A DNA stretch of 64,000 bases, taken from NCBI RefSeq assembly GCF_009914755.1, contig NC_060937.1, one strand, 5' to 3'. This document shows, piece by piece, positions 44,676 to 59,518 of this stretch (positions are counted from its first letter, which is position 1; the number at the start of each line of letters is the position of its first letter). The DNA comes from the human T2T-CHM13v2.0 reference genome, Homo sapiens. Made by a program: the position numbers and the translations under genes. The notes beneath the pieces were generated by a model that was not told where the DNA came from, ran no database searches, and was given only the letters and a program-made list of their open reading frames with translations.

Positions 44676-45398
44676 TGAATATGAAGACTCTCTCCCTCTC
44701 AGAATTCAAAAAGGTTTTCATTGATCTTCTTCGTGAGCTTTCTTTGTTGGAGTCCATATGTCACCAGTGCTCCAGTTAGGTGGTGAGCATGGTCACAGTT
44801 CTGTGGGCTCTGAGCCTCCTGACATTTGACAAGTGCTCTCCAGCTTGCTGCACTTGGCTTCTCCAGTTTGACTCTGGTCTACCAGGTTCATGGCCCGGCC
44901 CTATGCACTGCTTCTGTCCCTGATCCTGTGTCCCCAAGCCCAACTAGGAAAGAGTGCCTGATTCTTCTTTGCTTCACCTCGATATATTCCTTTCAGCCTC
45001 CAAATAGTAGCTGACAGGGACATCACTGACTTCTGATCTCTTCCAAGCATGGCAGCATCCTTACTAGCTTTTCCTTGGTGCCAATGGTTGATATTCGACC
45101 ATATGCCACCCACAGCTCTCAGAGAACAAAATCAGCTGCTGGAGAAGTCCCTTTGCACACCAAGGCATGGGCAGCAAAGGCAAGACTGGCCACAAGGCTG
45201 GGGATGGGCTAAAGTGACGGGCTTGCTGACGTAGTAGCTCCCAGACAGATGACCCCTGGAGGCAGTCACTAAACCCTGCTTTTTTCTCTTTGAAAGAATT
45301 ACATACCTCCCTGAGATTATCAGGCCTGAGCACAATTATGTGTTTGCTGGGACCTTGGAGTAGAGAGGCTGAGAAGGCACTACAGAAATTGCAACAAG

Positions 45399-45831
<433 letters not shown>

Positions 45832-45924
45832 CTACCTCAATAGAGTATTCACTTCTGTCCAGCGAAGAAACCTAAGAACAGAGATATTTGAGAGTCTGCC
45901 CTTTCTCAGTAGGCAGTTTGATGG

Positions 45925-46130
45925 AGTAGGTCAGAGTGCCAGCTTACAGCCCATCACAGATGGACTTCAATCTCTGCTCTGCTACTTACTACCCGCTTGA
46001 TCTTGGGAAAGTTGCATAACTTCTCTAAGCTTCAATTCCCGTAACTGTAACATGGCGGAAGCAGTCACCTACCTCATAAGTTGTGATGAGGACTGGTTGC
46101 TGGTGAGCCTGGAGTGTCTGGTGCTTAGGA
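45925..46130 (+). mobile_element. MIR SINE
   Basis: tgatcttgggaaagttgcataacttctctaagcttcaattccc core. Confidence 0.62.
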
Positions 46131-47109
46131 AGCCCCTGGTGACTCTGTTCCCACTCTTGTGATCATCAAAACAACCCCACATGAGCAGCCTCTGTTTTCT
46201 CCTGTGCCCACCCTGAGCAGGCTCAGCATCTGGACCCAACTCCCATCTGTGGCTAACCAACTCCATGATGCAATGATGGGAAATCCATACTTTATTCAAG
46301 ATTTCATGAGGATTCCATAGAGAGGACTCACAACACCTAACCCACAGTGGAAACAACAAAATTCCCCATTAAACACCTACTTCTCTCTTCCAACATGTTC
46401 CTTGCCTGTCAACCGCACACCTTCTCCTTATCTCCCCACAAGACAGAATCTAAATATCTTGCTTGATGCTCTGAGCAGTCCAGTCCACACCTTCAGCTTC
46501 AAACCCCATACTGAAAAACACAGGGCTGGGGTCAGCAAATGCCTGCCTGGCCTGACAGCTGGTGTGGTTCTGAAGCTCCACAACTTTGGCCTAATCATCT
46601 CTCTCAGGGGTTCTCCTCTCCCCTGTCCTTGGGGAAGGAAACAAGACAAGTCAACCCCAGTGTGAACAATGTCAAGTTTCATTCCTTTACTGTTTCTCTG
46701 GGATGCTCCAGTTTGCACAGCCAGGGGGATTTAAGAACTTCTGACTCCAAGGCTTTATCCTTCTCCATCCTCCACATGTGTTTCTCCTGGGCCTTATGCA
46801 GATGAAAGATGTTACTGTCTCAACTTACCTTGGTGCAGTTTAACAAGAATATCGGAGATGCCCACCTCCACTCCTTCATCAGCCATGAAATGAAGCGAAC
46901 CAGAGTACAAAGCCCTTGACATCCTTTCAGGAATTGAACAAAAGGCATGGTTTCCTGGCATAATAGAAACCTTCTAGACTTCTTCCTTCCCAGAAATGGG
47001 TGGGCAGCTTACCTCCGCAGGGCCCTACCCTGCTTCCACCCGGGGGCCTGGATCACACATCACCCATCTCTGCGTAGTGATAGGAGGTAGAATATAAGCT
47101 TTACCATCC

Positions 47110-47260
47110 TGCAGCTCGGAATTTGAATCTGGGATTTCCCCACTTAATGATGCATAAGTTACTTACCCTCTCTGGGCCTCAATTTCCCCATCTACAGAAC
47201 ACAGATAATATTATCTTCCTCAGAAGATTATGGTTAAGACCCAGAGCCTGGCACAACACA
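47110..47260 (+). mobile_element. MIR SINE
   Basis: aagttacttaccctctctgggcctcaatttccccatct core. Confidence 0.68.
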
Positions 47261-47485
47261 CATTCCCAGCAGAGAGTTGTGATTTGTTTCTAACGTTGGC
47301 AGAGCTGGGTCTGGCGTTTCTGAGCCCACGCGGCTGGCTTCATGGTAAGCATCGGCCCAAGGAGGCTGGGATGCTGACCTCAGGGGCCAGCTGCCTTGCC
47401 ACTTGGACCCACATTCTGCCTTCCTGCCTAGACCATGGGATTTCATTCTTATTATTTATTTTCCTCAGATAAGAAAAAAATAGAC

Positions 47486-47707
47486 CAGTGGTCCTCAACT
47501 GGGGCAATTTTGCCACTTCTCCCACCCCCAGGAGACATTTGGCAATGTTGGTAGACATTTTTGGCCATCACAGCCGGAGTAAGGGTGCTACTGGCATTGG
47601 TGGGCAGAGGCCAGGAGTGCCGCAGATCATCCTGCGATGAACAGGACGGCCCCACAGCAAAAACCATGCAGCCCCGCGGGCTGACAGTGCTGAGGTGGAA
47701 AACCCTG
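47486..47707 (+). mobile_element. MER20 hAT-Charlie DNA transposon, full length
   Basis: cagtggtcctcaac...ggaaaaccctg termini. 8-bp TSD aaatagac/aagtagac. Confidence 0.88.
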
Positions 47708-49699
47708 AAGTAGACCAAACGGATCATTTGGTTTCATCTGTGTCCAGAATATATAATACAAGAACATTTTTTTCTTAAGTAGGGGAATAAGCGGTTGGAG
47801 GTAACCATGTAAAAAATACATTTGTGGACAAATCCTTTGAAAAGGACAATAAGAATTGTTATCAAGAGGGTAAGATCTCAGATGATTTTTCTTGTATTTT
47901 TAATCTTCCTCTAATGTTATTCAGGCAACAAACAAAGAAAAAAAAATCATTCTAGGATGTGGCACAAGATTCAGCTGGAAATTTAAACAAACAAACCAGC
48001 ACTTAAAGACTCAACAACCTTCAAACCCTATTCACCCAATGAGCCAATTTGTCCACAACCAGTGCACTTTGAAAACACCTAAGATAGAATCCAACTGAGC
48101 AAAATCAGCCTTGGGAGGGGTAAGAAAACCATCCACGTTAAAATAATTTAAGTAGGGCTTTTACATTCATTTAATTTTTACTTCACTGTTCATTAAAACA
48201 GAAAATGACAGCAATTGTCATGACTGGTTAGGTCAGTCGAGACAAAAAATTTCTGGTGTGACTGGTTGTTTCTTTAAATTATTACTATTATTATTATTTT
48301 TTGCCAGAAACTATTTTGACCTGCCAAGTCATTAACAACTTCCAAGCCAATCTGTGTGTACAAATAGAGCCAAGGCAGAACAGTGGGGCACAGAGAAAAA
48401 AGCAGGCACTTAAAATACCTTTTACATTATTGTAGGATCTATAGCTTCCATCATAATGAAGGAAAAAATATGACATTTATAATGAAATGAAGTGGCTGAA
48501 TATCAGAAGATGTAATTAAAATGAGGAGGAAAAAGACCCCAATACGTAACCGTAAAGGTTCATCACGGCAAGATGCGTAAAGTCCTGTTCATTTGAGGCC
48601 AGAGAATGGCTTAGATCCCAAAATACTGTACTCTTAAAGAATGAGTTACTCACCATATTTCTTGTGAGCCGAACATGTGAGATACAATAAATGCTTTTAG
48701 TCACTGTCAGCACAGTGGAGATAATTTGCATATGATTTACATATAATCTTTTTGCAGGCAGATTACGGCGTTCACAAGTCTAATCTTTTTTTTTTTTTTC
48801 CAAAGAGAAGGAGCCATTGACTAATGGATTTCTTTTAGATAATGTTAGAGTTTTCCAGCTTTTGTTGTTCCTGCCTCTAACCACTGAATATTAGCAAGCT
48901 CATAAATTGTCCTTTTGATTTACATATTAACACTCTGATCAAGACAAGAAAGCATGACAATCTAATCTTTGAAATGGTTATATAGTATGGGGTTGGGCTT
49001 AGTTCCCTGGGAGAAATGCCAAAGTTATAAAATTATAAACTACATTATTTATGAAAGAGAAATGTGTCCTGACAGAAATTAATTTAAAGGCAGAATTCTG
49101 TAATGGGTACAGCTTATTTGATCTGCCCATTCTACCCTGTGTAGTCTTGCTGTACTAATCTGTTTATTTACTCACTGATACACTTATGCTGTACTCCACA
49201 AATGATTCTAGGAAGCACACACACATACATAAAATGCACACACATAAGAATAGTTGAGATGACAAAGAATTAAGCCAGGGAGAGACTATCACACAAAATT
49301 CAAGCCATGCAGAGCTACGGTTCCCAGAGTGAGCTACAAATTTGGTGCCAAGCTTCTTAGCAGCCAAAGCAAAAAGTGCACCCCAATTATCGCAAGGTTC
49401 ACAGAAAACAAAATTTTTCAGAAGTAGAGCATTTCTTGACTGTGAGACTTGGAAAATTTTCTATTGTGTCTCATGACAGCAAGTTCTCAAAGGATTTGTT
49501 AAATAACAGTAAATTTTGTTTTCTGTTTCATTACTTTCTGCGCTTATCTATATCATTTTTGAAATATGTAAATAGAACACAGTTTTGAAAAAACACTACC
49601 CGAAAGAAACTCATATTACAGGCGTAAGGAAACATGCATAAAGACGTTTGTACAGCATTGTTTTATTACAGACTAGATTTTCATCAGTAGAAGAATGGC

Positions 49700-49918
49700 T
49701 CCCAGCATGCACAATATGACAAAACCCCATCTCTAATTTAAAAATATATAAAAATTAGCTGAGCATGGTGGTGCATAGTCCTAGCTACCAGCGGGGCTGA
49801 GGCAGGAGCATCACCTGAGCCTTGGGAGGTTGAGGCTGCAGTGAGCCGTGATAATGCCACTGCACTCCAGCCTGGGCAGTAGAGCAAGATCCTGGCTCAA
49901 AAAAAAAAAAAAAAAAAT
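49700..49918 (+). mobile_element. Alu (AluJ-type), 5'-truncated
   Basis: TSD agaatggctc/agaatagctc. Confidence 0.87.
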
Positions 49919-50292
49919 AGAGAGAGCGAGAATAGCTCTATAAATTTTGAAATATCCATACATTGGGATATAATATGGCAGGTTAAAATAAATAAATTAG
50001 ACCTGTATAGATAAATCTCAAAAACATTAAATAAAAAGTGAAACCACCTTTGCAAAAATTATAACAGTAAGAAAATAGGTCAGTGAAGGAGATTATATAA
50101 CAAAAATATATACATATTTTTACATATGTACACATCCACATATGATTAACAAAAATATATAAACATGGATAAAAAGGATACATAACTTCAGGACAGCGAT
50201 TCTCTCTAGGGCAGCAAAGAGAGGAATCTGGTGGCAGCCACATTGTGAATGCCAGATGGGGATGGAGAGCCGCAGAGACCCTCCACCAGATC

Positions 50293-51460
<1,168 letters not shown>

Positions 51461-52667
51461 ATCAAATATTTTAATATGAAACTCCACCAAACATCTTGGT
51501 TGGGATTTTCCCCCCATCTCTAAGATTATCTGTAAGACTTTCTTTAAACAAAAATAGGAAATAAATATGGCAAACCAATTAACAGTCTAATCTTGGTTGT
51601 GGGCACTTGGATGTCTCTTATTCTTTCTGTCAACTTTTCAGTGTATTGGAACATTTAATATTTAAATATAAAAAATTAAAATAATAAAAGGGAAGTTAGA
51701 GGACAGATTTTAAAGGATCTAGAAGACCATAAAGATGCAACCTTTATTCTCAAAGCAATAAGGCTGTTTGATCAAGGCAAAGCCTTGTCAGAGCTGTTCT
51801 GGAGAAAGATGACTCTCCCAGCCACATAGAATAGATACACAGAAGAGTTGGAAGCAAAGAGGTGTATTAGGAAGTTGTTGTGAAATTTCTATTATAAGAA
51901 AAATGGTGCAACCTATATTACTTGGAAAATATACAAATATTTGCTTAAAATATATAAGCAAATCTCTTGCTTTTAAATTCCTGTGATACATAATTAACTC
52001 CATCTCTGTATTTGAAGGTCATATTCTCAAAAGTTGTCCTATAGGGATTATTGGAGCCCTTACTGTCCCATCTCACCATCAGGCTCAACGTTTTTTCTGA
52101 CTCAACTGTAGATTTGTGGAAAATATTTTGATTACTATAAAGAGTGAATGAGAAAAACTGAGACTGGGGGTAGGGAGGGAATCAGGAATCAAAAAAGATT
52201 ATTGCTTCTATTAAGAATACCCTAAGGGGAGCAACATAAAATTAAAACTGAAAGCAGATTTTGTGCAAATCACATGCTAATTCACTGGTGGCCCATCTAT
52301 TTTAAGTACTGGCTTAGTTACATGTGATTAACATGAGTACATCAAATCCAAGAAGGCACACAACACAACACACAGTCCTCACAGCAATGCACCGTGTTTA
52401 TCCCGCTGAGGGATCATTCCAAAGCCTGTAGTTACGTTTTTCCCAAGAGTAAATTCACCTATAGGAGAAGCTGAAGACCCACACTTGCTCCCTAGCCATA
52501 ACTTGTCAACTTGCATGATCTGTGCATGCCCCAGGAATTTCCCACAAATCAGTACATTGTGACTGATTTAGAGCACTTTCCATTCTAGTTATAACTCTGT
52601 CTACATTAGGTATATGTCTATGGACATTTCTGCTTTCACACTGTAGGGCTGGCTACCAAGTGCTGCT

Positions 52668-52698
<31 letters not shown>

Positions 52699-52989
52699 CA
52701 CTCTCAGAATTGTGCTGATTGACTCATCTATGTATTTGTGCTATCTAACCTAGGGGTGGAGTGGTGCTTATAATCTTGTATTCATGGGTAAACTATCTCT
52801 TCTCAGTCCCCACGGTGCTGTTTCAGACTTTGGCAGTCACCTTAAGTCCCTCCCACTTTCTGGCTTCCCTTTTCCACTTTAAGAACGTGAGCCCTCCTGG
52901 ACCTGAAGCGATGCCTGTCGTTCACATTGATCGCTCTTGCTTGTCCTATGTGGATTTCCTCATCTTCTTTCCACTTGGGGGAAATTTAA

Positions 52990-53472
52990 TTTGAGTGTGG
53001 CTCCTGCCCTGTGCTAAGGGATGGAACAGGTGACCCACATGTGGCTCTTCAGCACCCAGCAATGATTGGATCAGAGGTGATCACATGTCCCAGAGGCTGA
53101 CCAATCACAGTCAGACAAATCCCTGGCCACGAAAATTGGTTCGAAGATGAGATTAAGACCCCAATCAGTGGAATCCAGGTCAATGCCAAAATTTGCACTT
53201 GACCTCCAGGAGGAAACCTCCTTTTTCTTTCCTTGTGCTGGATCCTAAGAGGATGAGCCAGGGACTAAGCAGTGGCCCCTGAGAATTGGAACCAATGAAA
53301 CAGAGAGGAAAAGAAACCAAGATCTGATAGCACTGTTTGAATTCCTAGATACATACCTCGCTGAAACCAGCCCTGCCCTTGGCCTTTCCATGAACCAGTG
53401 ACTGCCCTCTTTGTTTCAGTCAGTCTGAGCAGGGTTTTCTGTCACCTGCTATTGGGAAGTCCTGACTAACCC
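52990..53472 (+). mobile_element. Old MaLR LTR (MLT1J/K-like)
   Basis: 3' end cagtctgagcagggttttctgtcacctgc..agtcctgactaa. Confidence 0.6.
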
Positions 53473-53851
53473 AGTGCCCTGTTCCGTTCTCCAAAGCAGC
53501 CTCTGCATTCCTTCTCCAGGCTACAGGCAGACCTTGTCCTCACACCCTCCACAGATGGCCTGCCTCTTATGCCACTGAGAAAAGAGAAGCCATCAGGGAC
53601 ATAGCCCCCAGCTTCTCTCTTCTGACTTCTCATCTATCTGCACCTCCGCCACTGTTGCAATATCAGAAAAGGCGTCCTGTCCAAGGAAAGCCTGCCACCT
53701 CTGCTCCTGCCCCGCCTGCCTGCCCTCCTCTTACACCTAGCTTTATCAGTTACTCCCTTTTCTTTGTGTAGCTTCAGTCTCTCCTGCCGCATGGCTCTTG
53801 ATCTTCAGCACATGAACTTACATATGTCTCTCACTGTCAGAAGAAGAAAAA

Positions 53852-54160
53852 GGCCCAGCGTGGTGGTTCACACCCATAATCTCAGCACTTTGGGAGGCCA
53901 AGGCAGGCGGATTGCTTTGAGCCCAGGAGTTCTAGACCAGGCTGGGAAACATAGTGAGACCATGCCTCTAAAAAATAAAAACAAAAATTTGCTGGGCATG
54001 GTGGCACACGCCTGTGTGCCTCCTAGCTATTCAGGAGGCTGAAGTGGGAGGGTCTCTTGAGCCCAGGAAGCTGAGGCTGCAGTGAGCTATGTTTGTGCCA
54101 CTACACTCCAGCCTGGATGACAGAGTGAGATCCTATCTCTAAAATAAATAAAAATAAAAT
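53852..54160 (+). mobile_element. Alu (AluJ-type)
   Basis: Diverged full dimer with A-rich tail. Confidence 0.9.
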
Positions 54161-55436
54161 AGAAGAAAGAAAGGGAGGAAGGGAGGGCGGAAAAAACAAC
54201 TTTTCTTCTTCCAGAAAATCAATCTCTCATTCTTTTCTTTTCTTTGCTTCAGAACATGTTTTGTTCAAACATCTCCTGTCCTCGCTCTACTCTCCCATCA
54301 TTCACGGCAATTAGGATGCTGCCCCTCCGCATCCTAATTGGAGAGCTCCGGAATCTGCCAAGTGCAGTGGCCTACTTTTAGCATTTCACTCCTCTCTCAC
54401 AATTGGTTCTGCTGATTTATCCTCAGCATCCGTGAGGGCTCCCTCATGGATCTTATGCTCCTTTTCAGTGGCCCTTCCACCCCTTTCCATCCCTGAACCC
54501 AACCAGTTTTTTTGGATGAAAAAACTTGTTGAAAATGTGACAAAGTCCACAGTTTGTTTCCCTAGAAACATGTACTTTGCATATCACTGTTCAAGGCTCT
54601 TAGTAACAAACTGCACAATACAGTACAGCAGTTTAAGTAGAGGGGGCTTTGCTCAGAGAACAGATAGCTCACACAACGGTTGGGAGCCTGCAGCCCTACA
54701 GTAGAGCTGGTCTGCCTCTGCCCAGCGAGGAAGCTTCCAAATCAAAAGCCACCACCAGCTACTGGCGCAAAAGCGATCTGCCTCCACCAGGATCTCTGCC
54801 GGCAAAACGGGAGCCCCACACCCCACTCTTCTCTCCTCCTGTGTAACTCCATCCCAGATCAAATCTCACCTGAGGTTCGCTGTCTCCAGGTGACCCTGTT
54901 TCTAATCAAGGTCTCGCACAAGCTCATCTTACTGGCAGAATCTAAACCTTGTCCAGAGTCCCAGCTTCAAAGGGGGTGGGAATGTAGTTTCCCACTTTCC
55001 AACTTCTGCACTCTAGGAAGGGCTGGAATAAGAGCTACTAACCCATCTACTGTATCACCACCTACCCACAAACACAGAATCCAAGGACTGAAGTTCAAGG
55101 ATCACATTTTAAAGGTTAATGCTCCTAAGTGCTTTAGTAAGGATTTCTGTTGTTGTTACAAGTGTTGGAAATTACACTTCAAATCACCTATAGTAGGAAA
55201 GGGAATTAATTGGCTCAGATAGTCAAAAAGTTCAAGAGCAGAGCTTGGTCACATTCATGTCAGGTGAGCGTGGGCATCAGGATCTGCTTCCCACTCCCTG
55301 GCTCTCTTTCCAGCTCTCCACTCTGTTTGCCACCGCTTTTCTCTCAGGCAGGATCTCCCTGCAGGGACTGGGGGCCAAGAGATACCAAAAGGCGGAGGCT
55401 CAATGCTGCGAAGGCGAATCAAGACTGTTCGTTATA

Positions 55437-55568
55437 GGCCGGGTGCGGTGGCTCACACTGTCATCCCAGCACTTTGGGAGGACGAGGCAGGAGGTTCACT
55501 TGAGGCCAGGAGTTCAAGAGCAGCCTGGGCAACACAGGGAGATCCTGTTTCTACCAAAAAGAAAAAAA
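55437..55568 (+). mobile_element. FLAM / Alu left monomer
   Basis: ggccgggtgcggtggctcac...tctacc followed by an A-run. Confidence 0.87.
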
Positions 55569-57686
55569 GACCATCCATTATACCAGGATACTCACAACAA
55601 GTGTGTGATTTCAGCTACTGCCTTGACCTACCCCTTGACTTATTGGAGATAAATCTTACTTTGATTATTTCCATTCAGTGAAACAGAAATTTAAGGTCAC
55701 CTGAAGACATGATCCAGCTGAAAGGAAATTTCTAGAAGGAGAGGCACTCTCTTTTTATTCCTCATCCATTCCTTCAGAATGGTAAACAATATTCTGAAGT
55801 GACTCACATTCCTTCTGTTTTTCCACTGAAAATGGAATTGTTTACTGTTGAATAATCCAGCTCACTTTGTCAGAATGACGGGCATAGACATTTCTGTCCA
55901 CAGAAGATTTTTTAAAACATATATACATATTATTGCTTCCCTAGGAACAGAACTGTGAATCCTTATGACCTCCAAATCAGACGATTCCATTACTCTTTCA
56001 TCTCATGTAAGGAAGGCTCACAACCCAACATGTCCTAATTAACCAATTTTCCTTCCAATATTTGCTTTTCATTCAAAATTTTTCCTGTTTCAATTAATCA
56101 CCTTCTACCCTTTACCCAAATTAGAAACTTTGGAGTCGTCTGCCATTTCTCTCTCTCTCTCTCTCTCTCTTCTTTCATACCAAGTTCTTCACCAAGTACT
56201 GTTACCAGCTTCTAATCTCTCTCAAATCTGTGTCTTCCCCTCCTCCTCTCTACCTTCCTTAATTCACAAGGCCTGGAGGTGCAGCAAAAGCTTGAGAACA
56301 GGTTTCTCCCCTCCAGTCTGGCCCTTCTGCATTCCACCCCTTGCTAGAAAAGAGAAGCAGACACATAACTGACTTTAGAATCGCCCCTCACTCCCCGTGG
56401 AATCTTGAGAAAAGTCATTTCTCCTCCTTGGACTTGAGTTTCTTCATTTGTAAAATAAAAGAGTTGGGAGACATAATGTCTGAGGCCCTTTTCAGCTCAA
56501 AACTCCTGGAATTCTAGTTCCAACAATTCTGCCCTACCCATCTCACTGGGTTATTGTGAAAATCAAGAGGTCATATGCATGAGCCTGCTGGAAACCTCCG
56601 ACTTATTAGGTTTTAAATCTCTAGGAGCGTGATTAATCACCCTTAATTCATCACTGTCATCTCCACCTGGTGCGAAAGGTATGATAATAGCTAACATGTA
56701 TTGAGCACTTACTGTGTGCCTGGTGTTTTGCGAAGCCTTTTGCACTCATTATCTTATTCAATTAACTCACATAAAAAGGGAACTCTGTCATCACTTACCA
56801 GGTCTTAGAATGTGGTCTACCTGTTATCAGATAAGCCACATTCACTGCACTAGATCCCTAGGTGAGCAGAGCGAGGAAGTCAGAGCAGATGAAACAAAAA
56901 CTGCCAGGAGAATGTCCGTACAGCAGCAGGACCACATACTGTCAGGGACAAGTGGAGCAGGCACCCTACCTGGTGTGCAACCTTCAGAAACCAGGTCCCC
57001 GGGGGTCGAAACTAGTGCCCCACCCACAGATGACCAAGGACGTAGCCACAAACGTCTCAGGCTCCATCAGAGGTCTTTCCGGCCACCTCCTTGGGCTCGG
57101 GAAACCACAGTTTCTGGGCAATTTTATTCCTCCCCGTAAGAGACACAGAATGTGTGCCTCTCCTACTTTCCTTTTGGCTCTCCTTTCTCCGCCCACATCG
57201 CTGCTTTTCAGCTAGACTGCCCCTCTCTCATTCTCGTGTACTCATATTGATTCCCTTGTCCTCACCACTCCCTCTCTCCGTGTCCTCCAATTCCAAATCT
57301 TACTCGGGAAATCTCAACCTCAGGAAAAATCCATCTTCCCCTTCCATGTCAGGCTGGGTTCCCCAAAAGCATGGCCAGGTGGGACCCCTGGGCCTGTGTT
57401 TTATTCCAGGAGGGCTCCTAGGAGCATCTGGAAAGGGTGAGGAAAGGCAAGAGGAAGCGTGAGAAAGGATGCGGTTTCTGGGGAGATCTACCCTCTGCCA
57501 GACCCTGTGGGCGCCTGGAGCAGAGATTTCACCTGAAGCAGAGATTTCACCTGAGAGCCTGACCTGCTTTCAGTCCAGGGAGCAGGGCCTGTGTGTCCCC
57601 TTTCCAGGCACAAAGTGGGATGAGGGCAGCTTGCAGACACACCTGGAGAGGGAGTTCCAGCCAAGAGAAGGTCGCAGAGATGAGTC

Positions 57687-58627
57687 TGTAGGGGCGAAAG
57701 GAAAGCTTCCCCTTCACCCTCTGAAGGTTCACTGAAAAATCAACTCACAAAAGGAACACAGATTTATTAAATACACACAGGGGAGAACCAGAGAGCCATA
57801 GCCCCCACCTCCAGAGGGGTTCAGAAGCTTATATACCATCCTGAGGTTATAGAAAGAATGGGGGCTTGAATTGTGGCAAAGCAGGTTATGGGAGCAGGGC
57901 GAAGAGGAGGCCTGGCCAGCAAAGGTGGTCTTGTTACATAGGTGAAAGCAGCCTTCAGAGAGAACAAATGGTAAACGTTTTTAGACTTCTATTTTTATTT
58001 CTTTAGATTCACCTTTTATTTATTTCTTATTTTTTAAATTGACAACCAATAATTATATTCACGGGGCACACAGTGATATATCAATACATATAATGTACGG
58101 CAATCAGAAAAGGGCAGTTAGCATATCCATCATCTCAGACATTAATCATTTCTTTGTGTTGGAAACATTCAGCATCATCCTTCTAGCTATTTGAAACTAT
58201 CTGACGTATTATTGTGAACTATAGTAACCCTACAGTGCTACAGAACACTAGAGCTATTCCTCCTGTTTGGCTATAATTCTGTATCCTTTAACAAACCTTT
58301 TCCTGTCCTCCCTTCCCCCTAGGCTGCCCAGCCTCTAGTATCCTCTGTTCTACTTCTTACTTCTATGAGATCAACTTTTTTGGCTTCTACACATGAGTGA
58401 GAACATGCAGTGTTCAACTGTCAGCCTCTCAGTTCATTGTTCTTAGATGCAGACAAGGGAAGGACTCAGAGAAACCAGGATGGCCTCAAGCCGGGTTTTC
58501 TCTACAGATGCAAATCTGCCTCACAAAAGGCAGCTTTGCAAGGCTAGTTCTGTTCACTGGTCCTCTGAACGGCCATCTCAAAATATGCCAAAGGATATTT
58601 TGGGGTGAAATGTTTTTGTTTCCTTCA
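57687..58627 (-). mobile_element. MER39-like ERV1 LTR interrupted by an L1MA 3' fragment (~57990-58412, minus strand)
   Basis: TG...CA ends (tgtaggggcgaaagg...ggggtgaaatgtttttgtttccttca). Internal antisense L1MA 3'UTR (ttcttacttctatgagatcaactttt...acatgagtgagaacatg). Confidence 0.72.
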
Positions 58628-59104
58628 AGTTATTATTAGCACCAGCACCTGAGCCTCCCTGGAGACCTGGGCAGAGCTGCCCTAGTGTCTGCAGCAGAAT
58701 TCCTCCTTCTTTCCATTCCATTTGCCTTCACTGTTTTCTCTTTTATGTAATTACCCAGGTAGCAAGGGCGGAGAAATTATTTTTAAAGCTGGCATCAGAC
58801 TTGCTACTAAGGAAACACCTGTTTAGGGAAACACTTGTATTGTCCTGTTTTCTGGGCAGGTTGAGAGCAGAGGCTTTAGGGAGATGAGGAAACAAAGTGA
58901 AAACTATGAGCAGGTGGTGCTCAGAAAAAGAAACCCAAACGGCCAGTAAATATAGAAAAAGATGCTCAGTCTAAAAGCTAAAAGCTGGCTGGCACAGAGA
59001 AGAAAAGGCCCACTCACTTGTGTCAAGGTGGCTCGGGGTTTGTGGTGAAGTATATGCTCCAGAGCTCCTCTGAACCCACAGTTTTGCTCAACTGAATTGC
59101 CCAC

Positions 59105-59518
59105 TCCTGTGGTTTGAATATTTGTCCCCTCCAAAACTCATGTTGAAACTTCATCCCCAACATGGCAGTACTCAGAGGTGATTGGCAGAGCCCTCATGAT
59201 GGCTTAGTCCATTCATGGATTCATGGATCGATGGGTTAATGGATTGATGGGTTACCGTGGGAGTGGGACTGATGGCTTTATAAGAAGAGGAAGAGAGACC
59301 TGAGCTAGCACGTGGGCACAATCAGGCCCCTGGCCATGTGAGGCCCTGTGCCACCTCAGGACTCCACAGAGAATCCCCACCAGCAAGGCCCTCACCAGAT
59401 GTGGCCCCTTGACCTTTGACTTCTCAGCCTCCATAACTGTAGGAAATAAATTTCTTTTCTTTATAAATGACCCAGTTTCTGATATTCTGTTTTAAGCAAC
59501 AGAAAATGGACTCAGACA
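59105..59518 (+). mobile_element. MST-type MaLR solo LTR
   Basis: tggtttgaatatttgtcccctccaaaactcatgttgaaac...gcaacagaaaatggactcagaca. Confidence 0.85.

Noticed and set aside
48645-48655. Minus-strand splice donor (TG/GTGAGT)
   Set aside because: No convincing partner acceptor or ORF; such motifs are common by chance.
54680-55222. 180-aa plus-strand ORF
   Set aside because: No recognisable homology, domain or exon structure; compatible with chance.
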